DNA of 64,000 nt from an uncultured bacterium. Lineage in GTDB: Bacteria; Babelota; Babeliae; Babelales; Vermiphilaceae. The stretch lies in contig OY968764.1 in the NCBI GenBank assembly GCA_963695335.1, positions 640,001 to 704,000 of the forward strand, written 5' to 3'. Position numbers and translations under genes: made by a program. Positions 1 through 12,129 of this stretch are shown piece by piece. Below the pieces are notes generated by a model. The model worked only from the letters and a program-made list of their open reading frames with translations, ran no database searches and had not been told where the DNA came from. Numbering within the stretch: the first letter of the stretch is position 1; each line of letters opens with the position of its first letter.

Positions 1-66
1 CAGGACGAACGGTTTAATAAATGCTTTAGTCCCGTTCGTATTGAGCTTGTCGAAATATACGAACGT
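1..66. repeat. Palindromic REP-like repeat, family A (truncated by window edge)
   Basis: caggacgaacgg...cccgttcgtattgagcttgtcgaaatatacgaacg; same arms as 10047-10137 and 44865-44955. Confidence 0.85.
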
Positions 67-67
67 T

Positions 68-1498
68 TTAGTTAGATAATTTCTTAAGACCTTTGTGTTT
101 CCAGTATTCAGACACAATCGATGCTGAACCGGTAATCACAATAACGCCATGACGTTCATCAACTGTTTTTTGTGCAGCTTCAAGAGCTTCAGCAAAGTTT
201 GCAGTCGCTTTTGCTTTTATTTTTAAGCTCTTAATATCATTTGTTATTTTTTCAACATCCCAAACTTTGTGGCCTTTGTGCCCTGGAACTGCTTCTACGG
301 GGCAAACAACAACTTGACCAGATGTTTTTTTGAAGAAATAACGAAGCAATTTAATGAGTTCATGCGTGTCTAATTCTTCATTATTGCAACCAAGGATAAT
401 GGTTAATCCTTTAAGTGGACGTTTGTAATGGAGAAGTCTTGTGCCAAGAAGTAAGTTTTTAAAGGCATCAAGATTTGCTGCAGGATCCAAAAGAATTGTT
501 GGTTTTTCTTTGTCTAGTACTTGAAAATGTCCAGGAAGTGTGCTTAACGTTTCTTTCCAGAACTGCTCAATAGTACGTTTTGGATTGAGTTCAGTTTGAC
601 GTTTTACTTCCAATGTTGGTCTGCCTCGTTGGCCTTTTTTCTTAGTAAGAAGGCTATTAGTAACAAGTACTGCATCTTTGTTAGCAAATGAATTGATATA
701 AATAGATGTAATACGTTCTGCTAAGGCTGCGCATCTACCGTGTAATTGTTCAAATGGGTAAGCAAGTGGAGCAAGTTTGCGAATAGGCATTGCCCACTCT
801 GCATTTTTTGCTACAACAATTTCTTGCATTGTTTGAAGATTCAGTTTGCTTTGATCAGCAGACACAACGATCGATGTTGGTTTAACGATGCTTAAAATTT
901 CTTGAATTAATGCTTTATCAGTATGTTTTGCATTTGGAGCTGCTTGAGGATCAATAATTCTTGTAATTGCTACAATTTTTGAAGTGCAAATATTGGTTGC
1001 ATCAGATGGACCGTTTTCATGAACTTCTAAAATAGCAACATCAACATTGCTTTGTTTGAAGTATACAAGTGCCATCATCGTAAGAAGTTCAAATGAATTT
1101 AATGATAAGTTAAGTTCTTCGGCGGTGTTGATAACATCGTTACCAATGTCAGTAAAGTTTTTGTTAGAAATAACTTCATTATTAAGAGAAAAACGTTCGT
1201 TATACGTTAAAAAATGCGGAGTGTAAAATGTACCAACTATTAAACCTTCTTCGCGTAAAAGACGCGTTGTAAAATGAGCGGTTAAGCTTTTTCCATTGGT
1301 ACCAGCAATGATGATACTCGGAACTTTTTGAGAGAGGGAACCAAGAGCTTTATCGAGTTGCTTAAGTGCAGAAAGAGTTGTATCTGCACGGTTAGCTGTC
1401 CAACGGGTTTCTAAATAATCGACAATCTCATTATAGCTGCGTTGCTTGCTTGCTGCTTTGGTTGAAGCAGTGGCTTTTTGTGTGGTTGCATTTTTCAT
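68..1498 (-). CDS. FolC/Mur-ligase family protein (folylpolyglutamate synthase-like, divergent)
   Basis: IAGTNGKS P-loop, YTPH...NERF, FELLT, DVAILEV..DATN and C-terminal ITGS motifs; GLGG motif is degenerate. Confidence 0.75.
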   Translation of the reverse strand: MKNATTQKATASTKAASKQRSYNEIVDYLETRWTANRADTTLSALKQLDKALGSLSQKVPSIIIAGTNGKSLTAHFTTRLLREEGLIVGTFYTPHFLTYNERFSLNNEVISNKNFTDIGNDVINTAEELNLSLNSFELLTMMALVYFKQSNVDVAILEVHENGPSDATNICTSKIVAITRIIDPQAAPNAKHTDKALIQEILSIVKPTSIVVSADQSKLNLQTMQEIVVAKNAEWAMPIRKLAPLAYPFEQLHGRCAALAERITSIYINSFANKDAVLVTNSLLTKKKGQRGRPTLEVKRQTELNPKRTIEQFWKETLSTLPGHFQVLDKEKPTILLDPAANLDAFKNLLLGTRLLHYKRPLKGLTIILGCNNEELDTHELIKLLRYFFKKTSGQVVVCPVEAVPGHKGHKVWDVEKITNDIKSLKIKAKATANFAEALEAAQKTVDERHGVIVITGSASIVSEYWKHKGLKKLSN

Positions 1499-1721
1499 CG
1501 AATTTCTCCGTTCTCTAATGGTTATTTATTATTACTTTGATATTCTGTGTATATGTAAGTTATAGATGCCATTTAGCTTTATTTTCAAGAAATTTGAAAA
1601 AAATTAGTCAGTTAGGCAAAAACATAACCTATAATTTATCGTACAATAGAATGCAAAAATGTCAAACAAGAAATTTTAATAGAGCGATTACATCATTATT
1701 TACAAAAGAAAAAGGCCTTGT

Positions 1722-2342
1722 ATGAAAACATTATTTTGGGATAATCAAGCAACTATAGACTGTCTTGAAAAAGAGTTGCACAAAGGTGGGGTTGTTTTGG
1801 CTGAAGGGGATACTGTTTTGGGTCTTCTAGCCGATGTATCGCAAAAAGGACGTACTCAACTTGATGAGATTAAAAGCCGGTCACAAAAACCGTATCTTAT
1901 TCTTGTCGCAACAGTTGCAAAAGCCCTTGATTTTATTGCAATTGATGCCGATAAAGTTTTTCAAACTGAAAAACTTATGGGAAAATGTTGGCCGGGCCCA
2001 GTTACCCTGATTTTTAAAGCAAAGACAGATATTCCTGCTTATGCGCAGTCAGCAAATGGAACAGTTGCCTTGCGGGTTCCAGACCATGCAGGTTTGCTGC
2101 ATTTATTACCCCATTTTGATGGTTTATTCTCCACGAGTGCTAATCATAGTGGAAATCCGGTTCCAGCAACTGTGGACGCAGTGGATAGCTCTATTTTAGA
2201 TGCTGTTTCTTGTGTGGTAATGAATAATCATCAAAACAATGGAGAATCAACGCTCCCGTCCACAATTATTGATTGCACGGAAGAAACATTAACTATTGTT
2301 CGCCAAGGTGCTTTTGATGCAAGTGGGTTGTTGAAGATTTAA
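1722..2342 (+). CDS. tsaC: L-threonylcarbamoyladenylate synthase (Sua5/YrdC/TsaC)
   Basis: DTVLGL, K.R...KP, WPGPVTLI, VALRVPDH, STSANHSG, PSTIID motifs. Confidence 0.9.
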   Translation: MKTLFWDNQATIDCLEKELHKGGVVLAEGDTVLGLLADVSQKGRTQLDEIKSRSQKPYLILVATVAKALDFIAIDADKVFQTEKLMGKCWPGPVTLIFKAKTDIPAYAQSANGTVALRVPDHAGLLHLLPHFDGLFSTSANHSGNPVPATVDAVDSSILDAVSCVVMNNHQNNGESTLPSTIIDCTEETLTIVRQGAFDASGLLKI

Positions 2343-3995
2343 CATACACATTTTTGCTAATGTAGACGTATTTTTTTGTGTCTTGTATATTTCTGCAATT
2401 TGTTTGTCATGTAAATCATATGAAGTGAGAGTTAAAAGACGGTTCCAATTTGGAATGAGTGCTTGATCGTCCCATTTTAATTCTAAAGATATAATAATAA
2501 TATTTTTCCCATTTTTACTCATAATGCTGTTAACAATATTATTGCCAAAATTAAAAATTGTATTACCATACACATCCAATAGCAATGCCCTTCCTGGGGT
2601 TGGCGTAGGGTTTGGAGTATTCCAAACGTCACCTAATTTTGATTGAGATAGTAATAGTTGATTATTACCAAACGTAAGAGATTCAATAACGCCATTACTA
2701 GTGATAATTGTCTTATTTTTGCTGCATAAATCCCAAATAATAATGGTGCCATTTGAATGTCCTATTGCAAGGTAGTTGCCGGTGTTATCGGTAGCAAGGG
2801 CGGAAATATAGCTATTATGTGGGGCATTGTGTGTTGCAATAACGTGGGCTGCTTCATTAAATAATTGTAGTGTACATCCATTGTCTGTTATATGAGTGAT
2901 CATTTTTGTGTGAGGAATGCTTAATACTGGTAATTTCTTTGTTTGGTGACATGATTGCGGCGGGAGTATGACTGATGTTACATTATCAAGATTTTCAATA
3001 TTAAAAACTATGTGACCACATGCGTCAGAATCGGTAAGCTGAGTTTCAGCAATTATTCTTGTATTGTCATTATTGAATTCTAACGTATTAATACAATTAA
3101 CACTCTCATTGTATTCGGTTATTTGTTTATCCCATCGACTAATATGCATGCCTGTGGAAATAATCTCATAGGAATAAAGAGTGTTGCGTTTTTTGTCATC
3201 AGATCTGTTGTGAACAATGTGTTTACCATCGGGGTGAAATGCAGCTGCCATGGATCCATGCATAGGCCATTCTAGATAATGTTCAACTACTTTTTCCTGT
3301 GCATCAATTTCTCGTAATTCGTAGAGTGCTTTGGCATATGTTGGGCCACATTTAATTAAAATATATCTACTATCATTACTTATGATTACTTCAAAGACTT
3401 GATCATTAGTATAATCTACTATGTTCCACATTCTTTTATTAGATAGGTTATAAATACCAGTATTGCATGCATTTCCCCCTCCCATAATACAATATTTATT
3501 ATTTGGGCTGAAACAAATAGAGTTACGATCTGCTGCCCTGAATGTTGTAAGGAATTCTTTAGTTTTTAAATTTATTAAATTAAAGCAGATGTTTTTAACT
3601 AATATAACATGATTACAAACATTATGTGCAAGATAATAGCCGTTATTGCTGATGCTCAGTTGTGGTGCATCTGTATTGTATGATCTTCCTGAGTGAAGTA
3701 TTTTTGTAATACACTTTTCTTGAATAACTTTGTTATTGAGTAATGCCGAGAAAATATCGATGTGTTTACATATGTCATGTGGTAAAAATGAGGCAATACA
3801 GGTTTTATAGAATGGTAGATATTGTTTGCAGAATAGAGTATATTTATCGGGCGCTTCTAATTTTTTTTCAATATTTTTTTGTTCTGTAATTTCCATAAGA
3901 TTGTAAAGACAACCTTTTTCTTTTGGTAAAGAATCAGTGTGCATACCGAAAATATAACTGTTGATGAACAGGCTGCATAATAATAGATACTTCAT
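2289..3995 (-). CDS. Secreted WD40/beta-propeller protein
   Basis: N-terminal signal peptide; ISALATDNTGNYLAIGHSNGTIIIWD WD repeat; paralog of 4065-5606. Confidence 0.75.
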   Translation of the reverse strand: MKYLLLCSLFINSYIFGMHTDSLPKEKGCLYNLMEITEQKNIEKKLEAPDKYTLFCKQYLPFYKTCIASFLPHDICKHIDIFSALLNNKVIQEKCITKILHSGRSYNTDAPQLSISNNGYYLAHNVCNHVILVKNICFNLINLKTKEFLTTFRAADRNSICFSPNNKYCIMGGGNACNTGIYNLSNKRMWNIVDYTNDQVFEVIISNDSRYILIKCGPTYAKALYELREIDAQEKVVEHYLEWPMHGSMAAAFHPDGKHIVHNRSDDKKRNTLYSYEIISTGMHISRWDKQITEYNESVNCINTLEFNNDNTRIIAETQLTDSDACGHIVFNIENLDNVTSVILPPQSCHQTKKLPVLSIPHTKMITHITDNGCTLQLFNEAAHVIATHNAPHNSYISALATDNTGNYLAIGHSNGTIIIWDLCSKNKTIITSNGVIESLTFGNNQLLLSQSKLGDVWNTPNPTPTPGRALLLDVYGNTIFNFGNNIVNSIMSKNGKNIIIISLELKWDDQALIPNWNRLLTLTSYDLHDKQIAEIYKTQKNTSTLAKMCMLNLQQPTCIKSTLANNS

Positions 3996-4064
3996 ATATT
4001 CCTTGTGTGGTTATTTTTTGTACAATAATGGTGAAATTATACTATTGTTTTATGAGGAAATATA

Positions 4065-5606
4065 TTATTGATCATGAAAGAGTTTATCTTTTTCGTGAAT
4101 AAGCCTTGATAGCTGCGCCAAACTAGGTCCATCATAGCCATATTGAGCTAACACCTCATCTTTTTGGTAATACGTTGTGAGCGTAAAGAGATAATCACAG
4201 AGCGATGCTTTTTCAGGAGCCCATTGCAATGTTGTAGAAACAGTGTTAATGGTTTTTCCGTTGGGACTGATAATGCTATCAATAATATTATTGCCCGCTC
4301 CTTCAAACTGCATAATTTCATTGCCATACACATCCCACAGGGTTGCGGTGCCAAGCATGCTTTTTGGTTCTTGTTCGCGTGATTGTGACAATAACAGTTG
4401 GTTGTTTGTAAATGTAAGGGATGTGATAGGATAATAATCTCTTTTGCATAATTTATCCCAGTATTCAGGGTTGGAACCAAATAAATGCCAGATCATAATA
4501 GTGCCATCCGAATAGCCTGCTGCAAGATGCAACCCTCTTGTATCAACCGTGAGAGCAGTAATATAACTGTTTTTTTTTGCATCATATGATGTAATAAGTT
4601 GTGCATTATGATCAATGAGTTGCAGTGTGCGCCCTTCATTGGTTATGTGAGTGAGCACGTTTTTGTGAGGAATAGAAAGTACCGATAATTCTGTATCTTT
4701 ATGACATGATTGTTGTGGGAGTGTAATGGCAGTTACATGAGCAAGATCTTCAATATTAAAAAGTATGTAACCTGGTTGAGTAGCTAATTTTTTAAAATCA
4801 GTTTTTGCAATTATTGTTTTGTTGTCAGGAGTCATTGTTAGTGTATCGATACAAAAAACATTTTCATTACGTTTGGGTGAAATGATGATATTTTCAGTTG
4901 TTGCAATGTTATAGAAACTTAATTCGTCTGCCCATTGACTATGAATAATATGATTATTGTCTGGATGGAATATAACTGCCCAAGAATGTAATAAATTATT
5001 TTTCAGATTAGTTTTTTGAGGTATACCATTTGCATTAAGAGTCCAGAGCAAATAGCTGGGAGTACTTTGTTGCATCGTATCTCGTCCTTCAAATAAAATG
5101 TGTTGGCTATCATTACTTATGGTAATGCCAAAACATGTATTATATCTCTGGTTAGTAAGTTCATATCGTGTCATGTGTGGAAATTTGGAGAAGTATGTGC
5201 AGTGAGTATCTCTTACAATATAGTATGTATTATTTGGACTGAAACATAATGGAGTTATATGTCCTGAATAGAGCTGTGTCGCAATATTGTGGCTTTCTGT
5301 ATGGATTAATTCTGGATTTTTTGCAATAGTATGAGCAACATAATACCCATCATTACTGATTGTAAGATGAGGTCTCCATTCATCATAATGATAATTTTCC
5401 CACGGTCCGCGAGCTGTTTTTGGTTTTATAAATGTTTCTTTACGCCCGATATTTTTAAGTTGAGCATATAAAAGGTCAATTTGTTTGCATATATCATGAG
5501 GAAGATTGCGAGCGATGTGCGCTTTGTAGAGTAAAAGAGTGTCTGTTGTAGACATTCCAGTGAGGCTTGTAGAAATGAGTAAAAAATATAAGAATATCTG
5601 TTTCAT
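4065..5606 (-). CDS. Secreted WD40/beta-propeller protein
   Basis: Signal peptide; ITALTVDTRGLHLAAGYSDGTIMIW; shares LPHDICK, ISN.GYY, CFSPNN, ILPPQSCH-like blocks with 2289-3995. Confidence 0.75.
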   Translation of the reverse strand: MKQIFLYFLLISTSLTGMSTTDTLLLYKAHIARNLPHDICKQIDLLYAQLKNIGRKETFIKPKTARGPWENYHYDEWRPHLTISNDGYYVAHTIAKNPELIHTESHNIATQLYSGHITPLCFSPNNTYYIVRDTHCTYFSKFPHMTRYELTNQRYNTCFGITISNDSQHILFEGRDTMQQSTPSYLLWTLNANGIPQKTNLKNNLLHSWAVIFHPDNNHIIHSQWADELSFYNIATTENIIISPKRNENVFCIDTLTMTPDNKTIIAKTDFKKLATQPGYILFNIEDLAHVTAITLPQQSCHKDTELSVLSIPHKNVLTHITNEGRTLQLIDHNAQLITSYDAKKNSYITALTVDTRGLHLAAGYSDGTIMIWHLFGSNPEYWDKLCKRDYYPITSLTFTNNQLLLSQSREQEPKSMLGTATLWDVYGNEIMQFEGAGNNIIDSIISPNGKTINTVSTTLQWAPEKASLCDYLFTLTTYYQKDEVLAQYGYDGPSLAQLSRLIHEKDKLFHDQ

Positions 5607-5698
5607 GGATTCCTTTTTTTAGTAATTATCATATGATGACGATAGTATTATACGAATGTTTATATGATTTGTTGAGCACAAAAAAAAGAGAGGTATGT

Positions 5699-6553
5699 AT
5701 GAATCAGAAATATTGTATTGTAGTAATGTTATTATTTGTTTTTGGTTGCCAGGCAGCAAAAAAAAATAGATCAGACGAGTATGTAACGATAGCTATTTTA
5801 GCTAAAGATAAAGCTCATACATTGCCACTGTACCTTGAATGTCTTGAGGCGCAAACATGGCCAAAGCATAAAACATATCTGTATATTCGTACCAATAATA
5901 ATAATGATGACACAGCTCAAGTTTTACGTGATTGGATTGCACGTGTAAATACAAAATACGCAAAAATTTATTTTGACGATTCTGATGTTGATGTGCCTGT
6001 GCAGCAATTTGGGCAGCATGAATGGACATATGAAAGATTTAAAGTTTTAGGCAAAATTAGACAAGATTCTGTTGATTGGGCGTATGCGCAAAAATCGCAT
6101 TATTTTGTAGCAGATTGTGATAACTTTATTGTTCCAGATACCATTGAAAGTATGATGAAAACTCATTTGCCGATTGTAGCACCATTTTTGCGATGCGTAG
6201 ATTATGAAAAACGTTTTTATTCTAATTATCATGAAACGATTGATGAGAATGGGTATTATAAAGCATCAACATTTTATTACGATATACTTGATCAAAAAGT
6301 ACGCGGCATTATTGATGTGCCGGTAGTTCATTGTACGTATTTTATTCATTACGAAGTGCTTGATAAAATCTGTTACGATGATGAATCATGGCGTTATGAA
6401 TATGTTATTTTTAGTGACTCTGCACGTAAACAAAATGTTCCGCAATATATCGATAACAGAAAAATATATGGGTATGTTTCTTTTGCTGAAACCAAAGAAG
6501 AGTTAAAAAAAGAACCGTTTTTGAGTGCATTTTTTAGTAGTAACTGTTTGTAA
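5699..6553 (+). CDS. GT-A fold glycosyltransferase resembling the N-terminal domain of procollagen galactosyltransferase (COLGALT/GLT25D) and PLOD-type proteins
   Basis: AILAKDKAHTLP, TNNNNDDT..VLRDW, ADCDNFI (DxD), IVAPFL, YSNY, GYYK, VPVVHCTYFI; GAGG RBS before ATG 5699; possible lipobox VFGC. Confidence 0.7.
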   Translation: MNQKYCIVVMLLFVFGCQAAKKNRSDEYVTIAILAKDKAHTLPLYLECLEAQTWPKHKTYLYIRTNNNNDDTAQVLRDWIARVNTKYAKIYFDDSDVDVPVQQFGQHEWTYERFKVLGKIRQDSVDWAYAQKSHYFVADCDNFIVPDTIESMMKTHLPIVAPFLRCVDYEKRFYSNYHETIDENGYYKASTFYYDILDQKVRGIIDVPVVHCTYFIHYEVLDKICYDDESWRYEYVIFSDSARKQNVPQYIDNRKIYGYVSFAETKEELKKEPFLSAFFSSNCL

Positions 6554-6564
6554 GGGAGTAGAGT

Positions 6565-7014
6565 ATGAAGCGGAGTGGATTTAGTTTGATAGAGTTGATG
6601 GTTGTTGTTGCGATTATTGCGTTTCTTGCCATGATCGCAGTACCTAATTTTAATCGTTTTTTGGCAAAAGCAAAACGTGCTGAAGCATATATGAATTTAA
6701 GTTCCATTTATGCTGCAGAAAAAGCATACTATGCAGAACATGGTACTTATTCAGATGTTTTGAGTGGTCAAGGTGGCATTGGTTGGAAACCGGAAGGTAA
6801 AACATATTATACGTATGGTTTTGCAGGTGCAGATGGAAGAAACCATTTTGTAGGTAAACTAGGAGCATCAGGTGCACAGCTGCAAGGTTCGCGTGCTGAT
6901 AAAAATGGATTTGTTGCAGTTGCTGCAGGCGATATTGATGGCGATGGTGATGTGGATATTATCACTGTTGATGAAAATAATAATGTTGTTATTGTGCATG
7001 ATGATTTAGTGTAA
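6565..7014 (+). CDS. pilA: Type IV pilin with prepilin N-terminal cleavage/methylation site
   Basis: MKRSG|FSLIELMVVVAIIAFLAMIAVP class III signal; C-terminal GDIDGDGDVD motif. Confidence 0.9.
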   Translation: MKRSGFSLIELMVVVAIIAFLAMIAVPNFNRFLAKAKRAEAYMNLSSIYAAEKAYYAEHGTYSDVLSGQGGIGWKPEGKTYYTYGFAGADGRNHFVGKLGASGAQLQGSRADKNGFVAVAAGDIDGDGDVDIITVDENNNVVIVHDDLV

Positions 7015-7035
7015 AATTTGATAAGTGTTTTAATT

Positions 7036-7078
7036 AAAGAGAGCGGCTGTTATTTTTGTAACAGCCGCTCTCTTTTTT
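7036..7078. terminator. Bidirectional intrinsic terminator
   Basis: aaagagagcggctgtta/taacagccgctctcttt inverted repeat between convergent genes. Confidence 0.85.
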
Positions 7079-7096
7079 ATTGTGTTCGTTTTTGAA

Positions 7097-9404
<2,308 letters not shown>

Positions 9405-9418
9405 AATATAATAAGGAA

Positions 9419-9787
9419 TTATAACTTTCCTTCAGCTTTTAATGTATCAAGTAAGCGATTAATCTTTTCTACTTTTTCGTAATCTTCATCGTAACGGAAA
9501 ATAAGATTTGGTGTATAACGGCCGCTTGATGTTTTTGCTAAAGCTGAGCGCATGGACGGTTTATAAAGCACAAGCGTTGGCAGTTTTTCTTCAAATTCAA
9601 CTCTGCCATTTGTTGCAAGAAATAAAACAACACATGTTCCACCATCAGAAGAAAGCTGGACTCTATTGATGAATAAACCATTAAGGGATGATTCATCAAT
9701 GGTAATTTGTCGAAAGAGCTTAGAGATTTCCTGATAAAAATAGGACTCTTTTTGTGCTTTTCTTATTTCTTGCTGTTGTTTGCTCAT
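9419..9787 (-). CDS. rbfA: Ribosome-binding factor A
   Basis: V.LSSDG and RYTPNLIFRYDE...I.RLL motifs; 122 aa. Confidence 0.85.
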   Translation of the reverse strand: MSKQQQEIRKAQKESYFYQEISKLFRQITIDESSLNGLFINRVQLSSDGGTCVVLFLATNGRVEFEEKLPTLVLYKPSMRSALAKTSSGRYTPNLIFRYDEDYEKVEKINRLLDTLKAEGKL

Positions 9788-9792
9788 GGGGA

Positions 9793-10011
9793 TTAGTCTT
9801 TAGGTGCTGTACCTGCAGTGATCATGCGCATCATGTTTTGTTTGATAGCACGAACGAGGCGTTTTCTTCTTTTTTGAGTAGTAGATTCAAAATAAACTGT
9901 ACGTTTCATATCGCGTACGATACCTTCACGTTCAATTTTCTTTTTTAATTGTCTGAGCGCTTTATCGATGTGTCCACTGACATTGATTTCGATATTTGAT
10001 TTTTTTGACAT
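9793..10011 (-). CDS. rpsU: 30S ribosomal protein S21
   Basis: IDKALRQLKKKIEREGIVRDMKR..YFE...KRRKR. Confidence 0.9.
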   Translation of the reverse strand: MSKKSNIEINVSGHIDKALRQLKKKIEREGIVRDMKRTVYFESTTQKRRKRLVRAIKQNMMRMITAGTAPKD

Positions 10012-10046
10012 CGGAAAAACATTACCTTTCGTTACATTTTTAACGG

Positions 10047-10137
10047 TCGTTCGTATCCTTCGACAGGCTCAGGACGAACGGAAAGCTGAAATTTTTATGA
10101 CCCCGTTCGCATTGAGCTTGTCGAAATGAGCGAACGA
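10047..10137. repeat. Palindromic REP-like repeat, family A
   Basis: tcgttcgtatccttcgacaggctcaggacgaacgg...ccgttcgcattgagcttgtcgaaatgagcgaacga long imperfect inverted repeat. Confidence 0.9.
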
Positions 10138-10172
10138 ATATTACTTATAATACTTTACTTTAGGCCTGCTGT

Positions 10173-11696
10173 CTAGAAGGTTACGTTCAAACCAGCCATA
10201 ATTGTTGAGCTTCGGTACGAATTACGTTGGGAGAATGGTATTTGCCACAAGAAGCCAATGCCAATATTGGGCGATAGATCGTAATTAAAGCCAGCATTGC
10301 CCAGCTTTGTTTTAAAGGTGGAAATACATTCAAGAACTTCCGGAACAAAGGCAGGATCGCCATTTGTGACGCAGACTTCATCTTTTTGGTGATCAAGGAC
10401 AAACCATTCAAAGTACATAGAAAGATTGTCTACAAAGTGATATGCCGCAATACGAGCTCCAAAATACCAGTTGTCTCCAGGGCTTACGCTGACTTCTGTT
10501 GAGAAGGGGTAAAGATTCATTTGAAATTCATTATTGGGAACTGGCATGCAATAACTTTTTTTAAAGAAATGAGTGTATCCAGCTTCTCCGCCAACTTCTA
10601 TGGTTTCTTTAAAATCGAGATTAAATCCTGCGGTGAATCCAGCACTTGAGTGGCCATTATTGCCAAAAGGTGCTGAAAAGAATTTATGGCTGGTTTCTTT
10701 TTTGCCTGGAGAGAACCCTCCACCAACTTCTATATATGGAATAATTAAGAATTTTGCCCATTCAGTATCGGCATCTTCATTGATGGCAAATGCTTCTCGC
10801 CAAAAGGCATAAAAGCGTGTTTCCTCAGCAGATGTTTTGATGAAATCACATAAACCAATATTGCTTTGCTCAGCAATATCATCAAGTTCTCTCATTAAAA
10901 ATTGATTAACATTGGCTTGGGTTAAAGTAGGTGTAACTGGTGTAAATTGAGTTGCAATATCGCTATTGGTTAAATTAATGGTTTCTTCACGTACTTGACG
11001 GATAGTAGCAAAGCCTGTTTGTAGGCGGAAGCCAAAATTATAAAATCTTACAGCTGCATCAAAGCGAACACCACGCTTTCTATATTTAAGAGGAAAAGAA
11101 AAATAACCAAATATTTCGCGTGGATCTATGTTGCCTTCACTGTTGAGTCCTATAATATCACAAGGTCCATTTGTTGGTTGACATTCTGGAGGTGTTTGTG
11201 TGAAAAATTTATCAAATGCATTTAATAATGCTGGCTTGTCTGCAAAAGCTTGTGCACCAGTTGTTGCTCCTCCTGGCCATAGGTTTTCCCCGTTAACAAT
11301 GTTGCTATATAATAGTGGAATCATAGCAGTTCTGCCTGTTAAATCGCCAAGTGGCGTATCTACAATAGTAATTCCGCAATTATCCGGAAATGGATTAGGA
11401 AGCGTGCAACTTTGTCCTCTAATTGTTTTACCACGATCTGCATTTTGAGCAAAAGGAGAGATAGAAAGTGTAAAGCGATCATGTTTTTTTTCTGCCCAAT
11501 CGTATTCTCTATACTCAAGTTGTTTTTTGGTGAGTAAGTGAAGATCGTCCCAATTAAGTGTAGAAAATACCGGTATGGCATCATTTTTTGCAAGTGAGGT
11601 TAAATCTGCGCGTGTTGGTACATGTATTGTGGAGAGCATACAGATGAATAAGGGGAGTAGACGTGACATTATATGTGTTTGTTTATCGCGAAGCAT
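10173..11696 (-). CDS. Secreted, probable outer-membrane beta-barrel protein
   Basis: Signal peptide, alternating amphipathic strands, C-terminal AGLNVTF. Confidence 0.6.
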   Translation of the reverse strand: MLRDKQTHIMSRLLPLFICMLSTIHVPTRADLTSLAKNDAIPVFSTLNWDDLHLLTKKQLEYREYDWAEKKHDRFTLSISPFAQNADRGKTIRGQSCTLPNPFPDNCGITIVDTPLGDLTGRTAMIPLLYSNIVNGENLWPGGATTGAQAFADKPALLNAFDKFFTQTPPECQPTNGPCDIIGLNSEGNIDPREIFGYFSFPLKYRKRGVRFDAAVRFYNFGFRLQTGFATIRQVREETINLTNSDIATQFTPVTPTLTQANVNQFLMRELDDIAEQSNIGLCDFIKTSAEETRFYAFWREAFAINEDADTEWAKFLIIPYIEVGGGFSPGKKETSHKFFSAPFGNNGHSSAGFTAGFNLDFKETIEVGGEAGYTHFFKKSYCMPVPNNEFQMNLYPFSTEVSVSPGDNWYFGARIAAYHFVDNLSMYFEWFVLDHQKDEVCVTNGDPAFVPEVLECISTFKTKLGNAGFNYDLSPNIGIGFLWQIPFSQRNSYRSSTIMAGLNVTF

Positions 11697-11871
11697 AAGA
11701 TTCCTTTTTTTTGTTCTTTCAAAAACAAATCATCTATTTATATCATTGTTACGGTGATACAGTCAACTTTACACCGTATTAGGTATAATGTATATCCATA
11801 AAGCTTACATATTGCTTTGTTAGAAGAAAAGAGATACCATAAAATTTATATTAAAGCGCGGGGGTCCTCAA

Positions 11872-12129
11872 TTGGAATCATTATACTGTTCTTATTATCA
11901 AGCGAATGTTCAGCGTGAATTGTGTTTGTATGCTGTTGCAGCATTGCGTAGCTACGAGCATCTTGCTTTTGATCGTACATTAGATCCAGAAACGAGTTTG
12001 TTTGAATTTTTTGTTCCAACTTCAACAGAAGAATATTTTTTGACCCTCATGACTCATTTAGAGTCAGAGGGCCTTATATATGATCTTAAAAAAGTACCAA
12101 ACCGTTTAATCAATTCAGATCAGCTGTAA
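11872..12129 (+). CDS. Small conserved protein (DUF4911-like)
   Basis: LRSYEHLAFDRTLD motif; GGGGG RBS before a TTG start. Confidence 0.5.
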   Translation: MESLYCSYYQANVQRELCLYAVAALRSYEHLAFDRTLDPETSLFEFFVPTSTEEYFLTLMTHLESEGLIYDLKKVPNRLINSDQL

